From IMG/VR virus record IMGVR_UViG_3300042199_000161, positions 1 to 35,098 of that record: a stretch of DNA of 35,098 bases. One strand, written 5' to 3'. The stretch's first letter is position 1, and every line of letters begins with the position of its first letter. A program made the position numbers and the translations under genes. The notes beneath the pieces are model-generated. The model ran no database searches and was not told the DNA's origin. It saw only the letters and a list, made by a program, of their open reading frames with translations. The stretch comes from a virus (Duplodnaviria; Caudoviricetes). Shown piece after piece: positions 17,645-26,687 of the stretch.

Positions 17645-17968
17645 TTATCCTTCTTTCTTCGCAGGCGACAGAACGGCAGATTTCGCCTTATCCTGCTGCG
17701 CTTTGAGTTCCGCAAGCTGCTTTTTGGCCGCTTCCAGCTCTACGGCCTTCCGCTCTAATTCAGCCTGGAGTTCATCTTCTCGTGAAATATGAGCCCCCGG
17801 AGCGCCAGTGGTGATAAATTCCACTTCTTCTCGAGCGTCAGCAACAATAATCGGATCACGCTTTTTGTCATCCCGATAGCCGACGACTTTCGGATATTCC
17901 TCAAATTTATAATCAGGAAAATCCATGTTTTCGTAAACCCCTAAAAACTGCTTTCTTGCCTTAGCCAT
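17645..17968 (-). CDS. Hypothetical protein after the coat gene (EYPK motif, coiled-coil C-terminus)
   Basis: AGGAG RBS then ATG 17968; FEEYPKVV and a charged helical tail. Confidence 0.7.
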   Translation of the reverse strand: MAKARKQFLGVYENMDFPDYKFEEYPKVVGYRDDKKRDPIIVADAREEVEFITTGAPGAHISREDELQAELERKAVELEAAKKQLAELKAQQDKAKSAVLSPAKKEG

Positions 17969-17987
17969 TTTACTGCTCCTTGAAGGT

Positions 17988-18010
17988 GGCGGGGGCCGAA
18001 GCCCCCAGCC
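17988..18010 (-). terminator. C(UUCG)G hairpin after the coat gene
   Basis: Minus strand GGGGGC-TTCG-GCCCCC just after the coat stop; the T run is on the + strand side. Confidence 0.6.
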
Positions 18011-18018
18011 TTTTGTGA

Positions 18019-19230
18019 TTAGATGATGTCCGCGACGACCACGGCCCATTCCGGGCGAACCCAGAGATAACCGTAAAGAACGTCCAGACGAGTGATGAAC
18101 TGATCCGACTTAATGTCGAAGCCCGTCACCATGCGGAGCGACACGCCGTCCATGCGCTCACGCGCAACTTCCTGCATGTTCTTCGGCATTTCCAGATCGG
18201 CAGTCGCCATCGTCACCGCGTCGGGGATAAACGCAATGTTCTTGCGATAAACCGCGCCCGTCAGCGTCAGGCTGTTAATGGCAGCGCCGTTCGCAGGCGA
18301 AGCCGTAACCGTCTGATACTGGACGTTCGAACCACCAACCGGCGGAACGATGGCGGGGTAAATGCCAAGGACACCGCCTGCATAGCTCGTAACAACGAAC
18401 TGCTGCAGTTCACCAGTCGAAACCTTGGTGATGCGGTTGACAGCGTTCACGCCAGCAAACGTGATGATGTCGCCAACGGTGAACGAGGACGCGCCGATAG
18501 TGACGTTGATGCTCGTGCCCGTCTGGTTCGCACCGTTGACGGTCGGAGAAACGCCGACAACATACGTGCCAGTCGTGTGCTTGATAACGGTCTGATCTTC
18601 GAACCAGTCGAAGCCAATCGCGTTATAAACTTCACCGCTGCGATACTGCTCGGAGATTTCCGTAGCCGGGTTCAACAGACCAGACAGCGACTGCACCGTG
18701 CGGGCCATCGAAACCGGGTCCAGAATGAACTTGCGGTTATCGGTCGGGGCCGAACGCAGCGAGAGCAGGGCTTTCGCCTGCAGCCACGTATCGAGGGTCG
18801 GACGGAGCAGATTGCCAGCCGCGTCGAAGTTACCGACAAGGTTGGAAACGCCACCTTCAACACCAGACATAACGTCCGCAGCAACCGCGCCCACGAGGTT
18901 GTTCACCGCCGGAGCAAGAATGCGCTTCGAGTAATCGTCCAAGCTCATGGTGCGCTCGGCAGAGTTGAACGAAACGTCCACGCCCTTCTGGGTGGCGAGC
19001 GTCAGCGTGGTGCTGGTTTCCGCCGTGTCCTGAATCTGCGCGACCGGACCCGTGCGAACGGTATAGTCGTTCGGCAGGCGGATACGCAGGCTCTGGCCGA
19101 TCTTCGCGCCAGTAATGGCGAACTGGTCGTCATACTGCGTGTCGATATGCTGGAGGAACGAGTTGGTGTTGACCCAGAGGCGAACGGCCTCACGGGTAAT
19201 CATCTTAATTGTAAGAATTTCATTGGACAT
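18019..19230 (-). CDS. Major capsid protein (P22 coat protein gp5 family)
   Basis: MSNEILT..MITREA, KIGQSLRIRLP, and C-terminal RLDVLYGY..VRPEWA; 403 aa. Confidence 0.92.
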   Translation of the reverse strand: MSNEILTIKMITREAVRLWVNTNSFLQHIDTQYDDQFAITGAKIGQSLRIRLPNDYTVRTGPVAQIQDTAETSTTLTLATQKGVDVSFNSAERTMSLDDYSKRILAPAVNNLVGAVAADVMSGVEGGVSNLVGNFDAAGNLLRPTLDTWLQAKALLSLRSAPTDNRKFILDPVSMARTVQSLSGLLNPATEISEQYRSGEVYNAIGFDWFEDQTVIKHTTGTYVVGVSPTVNGANQTGTSINVTIGASSFTVGDIITFAGVNAVNRITKVSTGELQQFVVTSYAGGVLGIYPAIVPPVGGSNVQYQTVTASPANGAAINSLTLTGAVYRKNIAFIPDAVTMATADLEMPKNMQEVARERMDGVSLRMVTGFDIKSDQFITRLDVLYGYLWVRPEWAVVVADII

Positions 19231-19389
19231 TTTACTGACCTCTGGTTAAGCGCGGACGCGCTGCTACTGACATCAAAAAGCATGGGGGAGTCCCCTGCGT
19301 TTCGACGGTGCCCGCGTCCGTCACTTTGTCGGGCCAGCCCAGACCGTTTGCCCCACGGCCAGAGAGGGGGGATCGTAAGGTGATCCCGC
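19231..19389 (-). promoter_or_regulatory. Structured intergenic leader upstream of the coat gene
   Basis: Several nested inverted repeats; the outer stem pairs with the AGAGG RBS (see findings). Confidence 0.45.
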
Positions 19390-20175
19390 CTACCTTCTAC
19401 GACGCGATACACTCGCGTTTCGTAATCTCGCCCATTCTTCCATAGAAATGTTAGGATCGTCAAGGGTGGCCGGAGCCGCACCAACGCCCTGCACTTTCGG
19501 GGTAATGGGAGGCGGCGCAGAAGAAACACGCTTGGGCGAATTAAGCCCCTGTGCAATCTTCGCCACCGCAACTGCCTGCCTTGTCGGAGGCAGCATGGCA
19601 ATCCGCGCCGCTTCATCCGGGTTCTTCGCCAGATGATAAAGCACGTCCTGCGGATTTCCAGTTTCAATCGCAGCTTCCGTGAGGGTCGTCGGAATACCCC
19701 CTAAAATCTGCGCCATGTTGTTTAACTGCGGAGCCCAGTCGCCGTATTTACCAAGGCCCTCATTCCAGATTTTATCAGTAGTGTCTTTCCACTGTTGCTG
19801 CTTGGCAAGTTCCTGGGCCTGCCGGTGAACTTCAAGCTGTATCTGGCGAGGATCATACGGGACTTCGGCAGCGGGCTGCTGCGGAGCGTATTGCTGCTGC
19901 TGATAGTATTCAGCCTGCTGCAAGCGTTCTTCAAGTTCCCGCTTCTGTCGGGTAAGCTGGCCGATGCGATCCAAAAGGCCCTGCGGGGGTTTTGCAGAGC
20001 TGTCAGCAGTTATGGACTCGTCGTTACCGAGCGCCTCACCCGCAACTGCTGTATCTTGAGCCGCATCGGCCACAACGGGGGCTTCGACAGCGGCTGGTGC
20101 TTCTGGCGTTGCCGCGCCGCTTTCCCCGTCACTTTGCCGCATCGCGGCTTCCCAGAATTTCTGCATGGTGTTCAT
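19390..20175 (-). CDS. Scaffolding protein
   Basis: Acidic N-terminus, RIGQLTRQKRE coiled coil, YHLAKNPDEAARIA, SSAPPPITP, SMEEWARLRN; directly upstream of the coat gene. Confidence 0.82.
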   Translation of the reverse strand: MNTMQKFWEAAMRQSDGESGAATPEAPAAVEAPVVADAAQDTAVAGEALGNDESITADSSAKPPQGLLDRIGQLTRQKRELEERLQQAEYYQQQQYAPQQPAAEVPYDPRQIQLEVHRQAQELAKQQQWKDTTDKIWNEGLGKYGDWAPQLNNMAQILGGIPTTLTEAAIETGNPQDVLYHLAKNPDEAARIAMLPPTRQAVAVAKIAQGLNSPKRVSSAPPPITPKVQGVGAAPATLDDPNISMEEWARLRNASVSRRRR

Positions 20176-20177
20176 GG

Positions 20178-20510
20178 TTAGGCTCCTGCACCTTTCTTCA
20201 TTTGAAGGACGCCCTCACGTCCCCGACGCAACGTCGCGTCTCTTACTAATGCCTCATGTATCTGATCTTTCAAGGACTCATCCATGTTGGTCGTTAATAA
20301 CTGCGTCAACGTGGCCCTAGCAGCATCAAGATAAAGAGCCCAACAAGAGGACACATACGCCTCTCGATCTGGGTATTTTTCATAAAATTCATTTGACCTT
20401 CCGGCATTCTTTTCGTAAACTTCTTGCGCCATTTCCATGGCAGTTTTCGCCACCAGTTTATGCGCGTGTGCCCCTTTTCCGGGTAGTCGTAACAACGGTT
20501 CTCTTGACAT
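20178..20510 (-). CDS. Hypothetical protein (110 aa)
   Basis: GGAG RBS, tight packing; AHKLVAKTA.EMA..VYE helical protein. Confidence 0.7.
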   Translation of the reverse strand: MSREPLLRLPGKGAHAHKLVAKTAMEMAQEVYEKNAGRSNEFYEKYPDREAYVSSCWALYLDAARATLTQLLTTNMDESLKDQIHEALVRDATLRRGREGVLQMKKGAGA

Positions 20511-20519
20511 TCTTGGCTC

Positions 20520-21098
20520 CTATTGTGGCAGCAGCACTCTTACAGGCCGCTGATGTTCGCCCACACGATACTCATTTCGTAAGTAAGTGCCCTCTGGGCT
20601 ATGCTCATAATACGCCCCGCTTGTGAACGGAGCAAGGCGATAATTCTGATCTGTGTAAGATTGCAACACGTTACCTAAACCCGGAAGGCTTTGCACAGGT
20701 GGCAAACTGTGTCGGAGCCCAGAATATTCCGTGAAAGACATATCAGGGATTGCAGGATGTTGAGCGTAAGCTGCTTGCTCACGTAAATAATGCTCACGCA
20801 TCGCCGCCAAATCTTCTGCAGAAAAGTAACGCTGTTGAATTGGCTCTTGGTCCCCGACATACGTGCCAACAGCAGCGCGCAAGTTGGCGGGCATAAGGGT
20901 GTTGAAGAAGTTTTCAGTCGGTGACGGTGTGCCATACAGGGCATTCATTTGCTCGCGTTCTTGCTGACCATAAAGCACATTCTCACCCGGAGTTACCCTC
21001 GCCTCCGGGTGGAGTTTATAAAACTCCTCTTGGAGTTTGAAAAGGTCTTGTCCGGCAGGGGCTTCATAAACGCCCCCGCGCAATTTGGGCTCAGCCAT
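20520..21098 (-). CDS. Hypothetical protein (192 aa)
   Basis: GAGG RBS; co-oriented and tightly packed. Confidence 0.65.
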   Translation of the reverse strand: MAEPKLRGGVYEAPAGQDLFKLQEEFYKLHPEARVTPGENVLYGQQEREQMNALYGTPSPTENFFNTLMPANLRAAVGTYVGDQEPIQQRYFSAEDLAAMREHYLREQAAYAQHPAIPDMSFTEYSGLRHSLPPVQSLPGLGNVLQSYTDQNYRLAPFTSGAYYEHSPEGTYLRNEYRVGEHQRPVRVLLPQ

Positions 21099-21108
21099 TA
21101 TTCAACCC

Positions 21109-22500
21109 TCAATACGGCCAGGGGTTTGTCGCATAATATTCTTGATACTGCCGACCACGTTCAGCTTCACCCTGTCCGAAAAGACGATCAAGGGCCTGCG
21201 TCACGTAATAGTTCAAGTTGCCTTCGAACTGGGCCTGTTGCTGCGAAGCAGCCTTTTCCCCTTTCTTCCCGCCTTTGCTTTTCGAAGTCCGGGCTTCCGC
21301 AGGCGACATCGGCATATTCTCGCTACGCAGCGTTGCCCCACCAGCAGAACCCTGCATCGGATTATTCGGGAGGGACATCAAAGACATCTCCGGGCCGTAG
21401 TTGCGCGGCATCTCCGGGCCATAAGCGTGAGGGCCGCGATGTGCGTAAACGTCCATGACAGGCAATTCGGCACGAGGCTCGCCACCGCGACCGGCCATGT
21501 AACCAGTCGCACCGCCAATCGCTGCCGCAGCCAAACGCGGATCAAAACGCATTCCAGAAGGCGACATCGCCATGCCTTCACGAGTCACGCCGAAATCCAT
21601 TCCGCCGCCATAAGGCCGTGCCTGCGGGCCACCAATGCCATAAACCTCCGACCACTGGCCTTCAATCGGGCCTCTTTCATAACCCAGACGCGGCGCACCC
21701 TGCGGGCCTCCAATCTGCCGAGGAGCCGCACCTTGCGCCTGCTGCCCAACGGGCTCATAAACCAGCCCGCCCTGACGATACGGCACCATCGCGGAGCCCA
21801 TTTCCTCTGGAGTGTATTCGCCATACATTCCACGCGAAGCACCCGTGCCCATACGTCCACGGCGATAAGCGTCCATTATATTCTGGTCGAACTTGTTCAT
21901 CGGCGTAGGGCCAGTCGTCGTGCGACCCATTCCGCCCGGAGCATACGACTCGTAATCCGTGACAGCCATCTCCGGGGCATAACCCTGCATTCCAAACCGA
22001 CCCGTCGAAAGGCCGACTTGGTTCTGCTGGAACGGCGTCATCGGACGCATCGACGTGCCCATTTCCGGCGGCACATTGCGATAGTAAGGCGCAACTGGCG
22101 CAGTCTCGGGGGGCATGTAGCCAATCTGCGGCATCGGGGAAATCACTTCCCCTTCCATAGCAGCAGGTCCTGCAATCTCTCGCCGAGCAGCTTCCTGCGC
22201 TCCTTTTTTGGCGCCCGCTTTTGCGCCCTTTTTTACCAATCCTCGCAGCGCAGCCAGAGGCAAAAGGTCCTCTGCAACACTTACAGGATTTTGCCGAAAT
22301 GTTTCCAGCGCAGTCGGAAGATTTTTATAACGTCTGGCATAATGTCCATAAGCACGAGTTGCAGCTTCTTGAGGGCGCATCGCATAATAACCGACGCCTT
22401 GTGCAGCCTGTAGGGGATTTGCGGCTATATCATACATGCCCTGTGAGGAACCTATTAAACCTTCCGGCACATTGCCAAACACTTCATCCCAATAAGCCAT
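21109..22500 (-). CDS. Low-complexity Gly/Pro/Met/Tyr-rich protein, probably virion-internal
   Basis: AAGGAG RBS; starts just after the portal stop; recurring PEM motifs. Confidence 0.65.
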   Translation of the reverse strand: MAYWDEVFGNVPEGLIGSSQGMYDIAANPLQAAQGVGYYAMRPQEAATRAYGHYARRYKNLPTALETFRQNPVSVAEDLLPLAALRGLVKKGAKAGAKKGAQEAARREIAGPAAMEGEVISPMPQIGYMPPETAPVAPYYRNVPPEMGTSMRPMTPFQQNQVGLSTGRFGMQGYAPEMAVTDYESYAPGGMGRTTTGPTPMNKFDQNIMDAYRRGRMGTGASRGMYGEYTPEEMGSAMVPYRQGGLVYEPVGQQAQGAAPRQIGGPQGAPRLGYERGPIEGQWSEVYGIGGPQARPYGGGMDFGVTREGMAMSPSGMRFDPRLAAAAIGGATGYMAGRGGEPRAELPVMDVYAHRGPHAYGPEMPRNYGPEMSLMSLPNNPMQGSAGGATLRSENMPMSPAEARTSKSKGGKKGEKAASQQQAQFEGNLNYYVTQALDRLFGQGEAERGRQYQEYYATNPWPY

Positions 22501-22501
22501 A

Positions 22502-24703
22502 TCAAATCTCCTTCGTTACACGGGCCAGCACACCCGGCATCTGCGGGTGCGGGGCATACACTTCACCATCGGGGCCGCGTGAGCCTCCCGGCGGAATTTC
22601 GTGATCTTCGAGCGCCAAAGGCATCTGGCGTCCCGGCATCTGATCCTGATGACCTTCGTAGGTATCGCTGATCGGAACCTCGGTGCTTTCCTCGACGGCC
22701 TGATCGGAAATCTGTGCATTTTGCTGCTGCGTAAGACCGACGTTCTTGAGCAGAATATCGAGACGCTTGGTGATTGCGTCGTAAACCTCGACTTCGCGCT
22801 TTTCGAGGCGAGCCTGGGACTTGCCCTTTTCCTTTGCAAGTTCGTCCATCGTGGTCTGCAAGGCTTGTTGCAGTTGCTGCGCCTGCTGTGCAAGCATCTG
22901 CTCGTTCTGCGAAGGTCCTTGGCCGAGAGCCTGCGGAGGCACCATGCGCTTGAGGCGTTCCGCAGCTTCTTCTGCCATCGGAAAATCACCAGCGCGGAAC
23001 ATGATGTCACCGATGATGCTGGTAAGGCCGGGGTTCTGCGTGAGGATCAAAGTGAGCGCGTTAAACGCTTCCTCACGCCTCGTTGCATAACCCGGACCCA
23101 CATCTGCCGTGACTTCATACTTACCAATCGCGGGATTTAATATGCGCCCGATGACCTCATTATTTTCATTAACTTCCAGCATGTGCGCCTGCTGCAACTG
23201 CGGATCAAGTTTGACCTCAAGGCTCTCATTGTTTTCCGCAAGGATCATAATGATACGATTGGTGTCGTAAATCTTAGGCACCAAGTCCAAAATGATCTTG
23301 CCCACCTGCCGGATGGCGATTGCCAGATTATCAATGAAATGATAGGTCGCACGGTCGCCCTGACGCTGCCGTTCAGCAATCGCCCGACCTGTGCGCTCAT
23401 TGCCTTGCATCCCCAGCTGATTTTCGTATTGCCCCGAAACCATCTGCATTTCGATATTCGCCACTTCCATGCCTTTCAGCGCGACCGGCGACGGAACAGG
23501 TGGTTCAATACGAGAAGGTGGAGGCAAAGGCTTACCATCATCTCCAACAGACTTGTAAGGCAGATACGCATGATTTTGGCGATTAGCCGTAGCCCAGTAT
23601 TCCTCAAAGCCTTCAACGCTTTCCACCCCGACAATCCACGGGGTTTTGGACTGCAAGGCTCCGTATTCTACTGCAGCAGACGCCCAATAGTTATACATAC
23701 GCTGCGGGTCTTTCATTGCACGGGTATGACCCTTACGATCCAGACGACCTTCGATAATCGTTTCTTCGCCAATCACTGGGATAATCGGGATGGTTTTGCC
23801 AATCCAGATCTTTTCTTCCTCAGTAATCACATGGTTGCCGATTATCAGATGATAATGAATAATACGGCGAGTTGTCGCACGTTTCCGAGTCTGCGGATCA
23901 TCAAAGATTTCACTTTTCGGATCGACCTTCCGCAAATCAGAAGCCAGCAATGTCATGGGCTGACCATCCGGCCCATTAAACATCAGCAACTCATCATTCA
24001 CATCTTCTGCTTCAAAATATTCCGCAACGCGAACATGGTCCTCATCAAACCAGCCCTTTTCACCAACCAGCACTTCCTGTCCAGCAAACTGCTTATACTG
24101 CGGATATTTCTGGTCGAAAACTTCCTTCGGCATATCCTCAAAGATAAACGCAAAACGTGCATCCTCTTTCGCAGGAGCCTTCGCATCCGGGTCCATATAA
24201 ACCGTCAGCGGGTCAGGAATGCTCGTGACATAAATCTCTTGATCGAAAGAGTTCTCGTCCACGTAGTCTGTAATGACACGCAGATAGCCGATGCCAGCTT
24301 CGACCTGAAAAGTAGTAGCAGCGTCATAATGCGCCGGGGCGTTTGACTGATACTCAATATGCCGAGCGATGCCATCCCAAATGCGGGCGCTTTCAGCCGT
24401 CGCACCATTGCCAGCCGCACGATACTTGATCCCCGGCTTATTCATCTTTGCATCATTTATGATGTTCAGATTATGCTGGCGGGTCTTGTTGATCGTCAGC
24501 GCAGGGCGCTCGTCCCTCTGCCGATCATTCCACATACGTGTAGGCCACTGATATTTATTATCAGCGTCAGCATTCGCAAAGCGCATATCATCCATGAACA
24601 AGCGGCGAGCATAGGACTCCCACGCTTCACAGCGTTTGAACCGCTCCTGCGCTCTTTTCAGAACTTTCTGATATTTGTCGCTGTCTACTGCTTGACGTGC
24701 CAT
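22502..24703 (-). CDS. Portal protein (P22-like)
   Basis: QWP...RPALTINK, IPIIPVIG, KDPQRMYNY, GKYEVTADVGPGYATRREEA; 733 aa. Confidence 0.92.
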   Translation of the reverse strand: MARQAVDSDKYQKVLKRAQERFKRCEAWESYARRLFMDDMRFANADADNKYQWPTRMWNDRQRDERPALTINKTRQHNLNIINDAKMNKPGIKYRAAGNGATAESARIWDGIARHIEYQSNAPAHYDAATTFQVEAGIGYLRVITDYVDENSFDQEIYVTSIPDPLTVYMDPDAKAPAKEDARFAFIFEDMPKEVFDQKYPQYKQFAGQEVLVGEKGWFDEDHVRVAEYFEAEDVNDELLMFNGPDGQPMTLLASDLRKVDPKSEIFDDPQTRKRATTRRIIHYHLIIGNHVITEEEKIWIGKTIPIIPVIGEETIIEGRLDRKGHTRAMKDPQRMYNYWASAAVEYGALQSKTPWIVGVESVEGFEEYWATANRQNHAYLPYKSVGDDGKPLPPPSRIEPPVPSPVALKGMEVANIEMQMVSGQYENQLGMQGNERTGRAIAERQRQGDRATYHFIDNLAIAIRQVGKIILDLVPKIYDTNRIIMILAENNESLEVKLDPQLQQAHMLEVNENNEVIGRILNPAIGKYEVTADVGPGYATRREEAFNALTLILTQNPGLTSIIGDIMFRAGDFPMAEEAAERLKRMVPPQALGQGPSQNEQMLAQQAQQLQQALQTTMDELAKEKGKSQARLEKREVEVYDAITKRLDILLKNVGLTQQQNAQISDQAVEESTEVPISDTYEGHQDQMPGRQMPLALEDHEIPPGGSRGPDGEVYAPHPQMPGVLARVTKEI

Positions 24704-26068
24704 TTATCCCATCCATCCCAGGCTCTCGGTAAAGCCCTGTAATTTACCCATCAAACCGCTTTGACGCTTCAACGCTCCAGCAACTTTACGACTACGCCCA
24801 TCCGAGCCTCCTTCGTTCGAGGCGATTGCCATGTAACGAAAGGCGTCAGCTGCATGGGATGACCAGTCGTGGACTGGCTCGTTGGAAAGCGTCTCAGTTT
24901 TTGAGTTTTCTTCGTAATGATAATGGCGAAGGGCATGAAGCAACCCTTTTTCGCAACGCGAAGCATCAAACCAGCATGTCGGAAAAATGCTTCTTGCCGC
25001 GATGATCCCGTCGAATTTGCTCAACCTCGGAACAATGCGGACTTGGAAACCCGCATCCCGCATCTGTTCTTCTATCGACTTTTTCGACCCGAGCGTTTTC
25101 GCACGAGCGTCGTGAGGAAGCCAGCAAGTGCCGTAATCATACAACTCCCCAGACGAGCCTCTGCGTGTGCGAAGCACATGAATGTAATGATCTAGCCCTT
25201 TGAGCCTATTCTCGTAAAAGTCCACGATTCGTCGTTGCATTCCGATATACTGCTCAAAGATAATTGACGTGCTGTCAGACCGGCCAAGATCGAAATATAG
25301 ATTAACAGCAGAGCTAGAATGATGAGGAACGTGTGTGATACGACCTTCTTCAGCGCAGTCACGAAGTTCGTCCGCATAGACCGCGCCCTCCAGGCTTTTC
25401 CGGCACTCGCCTTCCCAGACATGCAGATAAGCGTCCCGGTCGCGGGCCTTTAGGTCTAACATTTCCTGTTTAAGAACCTGCGGAAACCACGGATTATCGC
25501 GCCACGAGATTTTCTGCACAATCGCGTTTTTCGGCGGGTGAAGGACAAAACGCACATATGTGTCGTCCGACTCAAGCTCCGGGTTAAACGAAGCCCAGAT
25601 TTCAGAACCTTCCTTACGGATCGTCGGAATGAGAACGTCCCACGAATTTTTCGTGACCTTGTTCGCTTCTTCCACCCAGCAAACGTCCACGCCTTCATAT
25701 GACTTAATCTTCGTGACATTGTTGCGAATGCCTTCGAAGGAAAATTCAGACCCCGTAGAGGGACAATAAATACGCGCCTGCTCGATTTGATAAAAACCGT
25801 TTAGCCCCAGCAGTTCAATCTGGTCACTTAAAATTCTATGCACAGAATCTCGAATTGAGTTCTGTAATTCACGAGCGCAAAGAACGCGAATGTTGCGCTT
25901 TGCGGCAAGAATGACGAGCGCGCGAGCGATGCCCCAAGACTTCGCTCCACCGCGCCCGCCGTAAAGCACCCGATAACGCACAGGCATACCATTGACCTGC
26001 GGCCAGAACAAGCATTGCAGCTTCTCCGGCCACTCAACAACCTTCGCATTTTGCGTGGTTAGGTCCAT
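24704..26068 (-). CDS. terL: Terminase large subunit (PBSX/Terminase_3 type)
   Basis: YGGRGGAKS Walker A, CARELQNSI, WVEEA Walker B, SFNP, DLGRSDST, HDWSSHAADAFRY. Start set at ATG 26068. Confidence 0.93.
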   Translation of the reverse strand: MDLTTQNAKVVEWPEKLQCLFWPQVNGMPVRYRVLYGGRGGAKSWGIARALVILAAKRNIRVLCARELQNSIRDSVHRILSDQIELLGLNGFYQIEQARIYCPSTGSEFSFEGIRNNVTKIKSYEGVDVCWVEEANKVTKNSWDVLIPTIRKEGSEIWASFNPELESDDTYVRFVLHPPKNAIVQKISWRDNPWFPQVLKQEMLDLKARDRDAYLHVWEGECRKSLEGAVYADELRDCAEEGRITHVPHHSSSAVNLYFDLGRSDSTSIIFEQYIGMQRRIVDFYENRLKGLDHYIHVLRTRRGSSGELYDYGTCWLPHDARAKTLGSKKSIEEQMRDAGFQVRIVPRLSKFDGIIAARSIFPTCWFDASRCEKGLLHALRHYHYEENSKTETLSNEPVHDWSSHAADAFRYMAIASNEGGSDGRSRKVAGALKRQSGLMGKLQGFTESLGWMG

Positions 26069-26091
26069 GTTATACTCAATCCGTGGTGGGC

Positions 26092-26265
26092 TTACTTCTT
26101 TTTCGCCTTGGCGACCTTGGCATTGTAAGCAGCGAGGCCCTTTTTGTCCATCGCCTTGTCTTTGGCAGAGCCCTCTTTCACGCCCTTTTTCTTGAGCGCT
26201 GCGTCCTTTTTCTTGTCCATCGGGGAGCGTTCCCACTCGGCCATGGTCATCTTGCCTTTTGCCAT
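26092..26265 (-). CDS. Small Lys-rich protein (57 aa)
   Basis: MAKGKMTMAEWERSPMDKKKD...KEGSAKDKAMDKK; GGGGGGA upstream. Confidence 0.65.
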   Translation of the reverse strand: MAKGKMTMAEWERSPMDKKKDAALKKKGVKEGSAKDKAMDKKGLAAYNAKVAKAKKK

Positions 26266-26266
26266 G

Positions 26267-26440
26267 TCAATTCCCCCCAAGCTGCTTGCTGGCTTTCAGC
26301 GATTTCAATTCTTTCTGCTGCGTATTCGGGGCAATGCCGCCCTTATTCGCTTTCGCAGACATCAACTTTTTCATGTCATGGTGAACAGACATGATGTGGC
26401 TTTCCCGATCAGGGCGTTTATGGTCGCAGCACTTTTTCAT
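26267..26440 (-). CDS. Small basic protein (57 aa, MKKCCDHKRPDRESH...)
   Basis: Read manually; ATGA overlap with the upstream gene, GAGG upstream, fills the gap exactly. Confidence 0.55.
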   Translation of the reverse strand: MKKCCDHKRPDRESHIMSVHHDMKKLMSAKANKGGIAPNTQQKELKSLKASKQLGGN

Positions 26441-26670
26441 TCGTCATTCCTCGTCCTGTCCCACAACTTAAACCCGATCTGCAATGACAGGTAGATGCAG
26501 CCGAGGATTGGCGCAAACACCGCCGCTATGTCCGACACAGGTTTAATCTGTTGCAGCCATAGCGGAGATGAAATCATTGCCGCCGAAACAAGCCCTCCAA
26601 CCTTTTCACTTGTTGTCGTAAATATTAACCCAAGACTATCTGTCGCATGATGGTCATGTGATAGCGGCAT
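26437..26670 (-). CDS. Putative holin-like membrane protein (77 aa)
   Basis: Two hydrophobic segments and a charged C-terminus; lies downstream of the tailspike. Confidence 0.45.
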   Translation of the reverse strand: MPLSHDHHATDSLGLIFTTTSEKVGGLVSAAMISSPLWLQQIKPVSDIAAVFAPILGCIYLSLQIGFKLWDRTRNDE

Positions 26671-26687
26671 TATTTTGACTTTCTTAT

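Noticed and set aside
18577-19383. 268-aa + strand ORF over the coat gene and leader
   Set aside because: Antisense shadow of the strongly biased coat gene.
21085-22413. 442-aa + strand ORF antisense to the 463-aa protein
   Set aside because: Arg/His/Ser-rich shadow translation with no RBS or motif; expected opposite a GC-rich, codon-biased gene.
23183-24346. 387-aa + strand ORF
   Set aside because: Lies entirely antisense to the clearly identified portal gene; no recognisable motif.
26069-26236. N-terminal extension of TerL in the ORF track (also extensions at 1096, 3883, 6259, 7719, 12543, 18049)
   Set aside because: They overlap better-supported upstream genes; downstream starts have an RBS or stop-start coupling.
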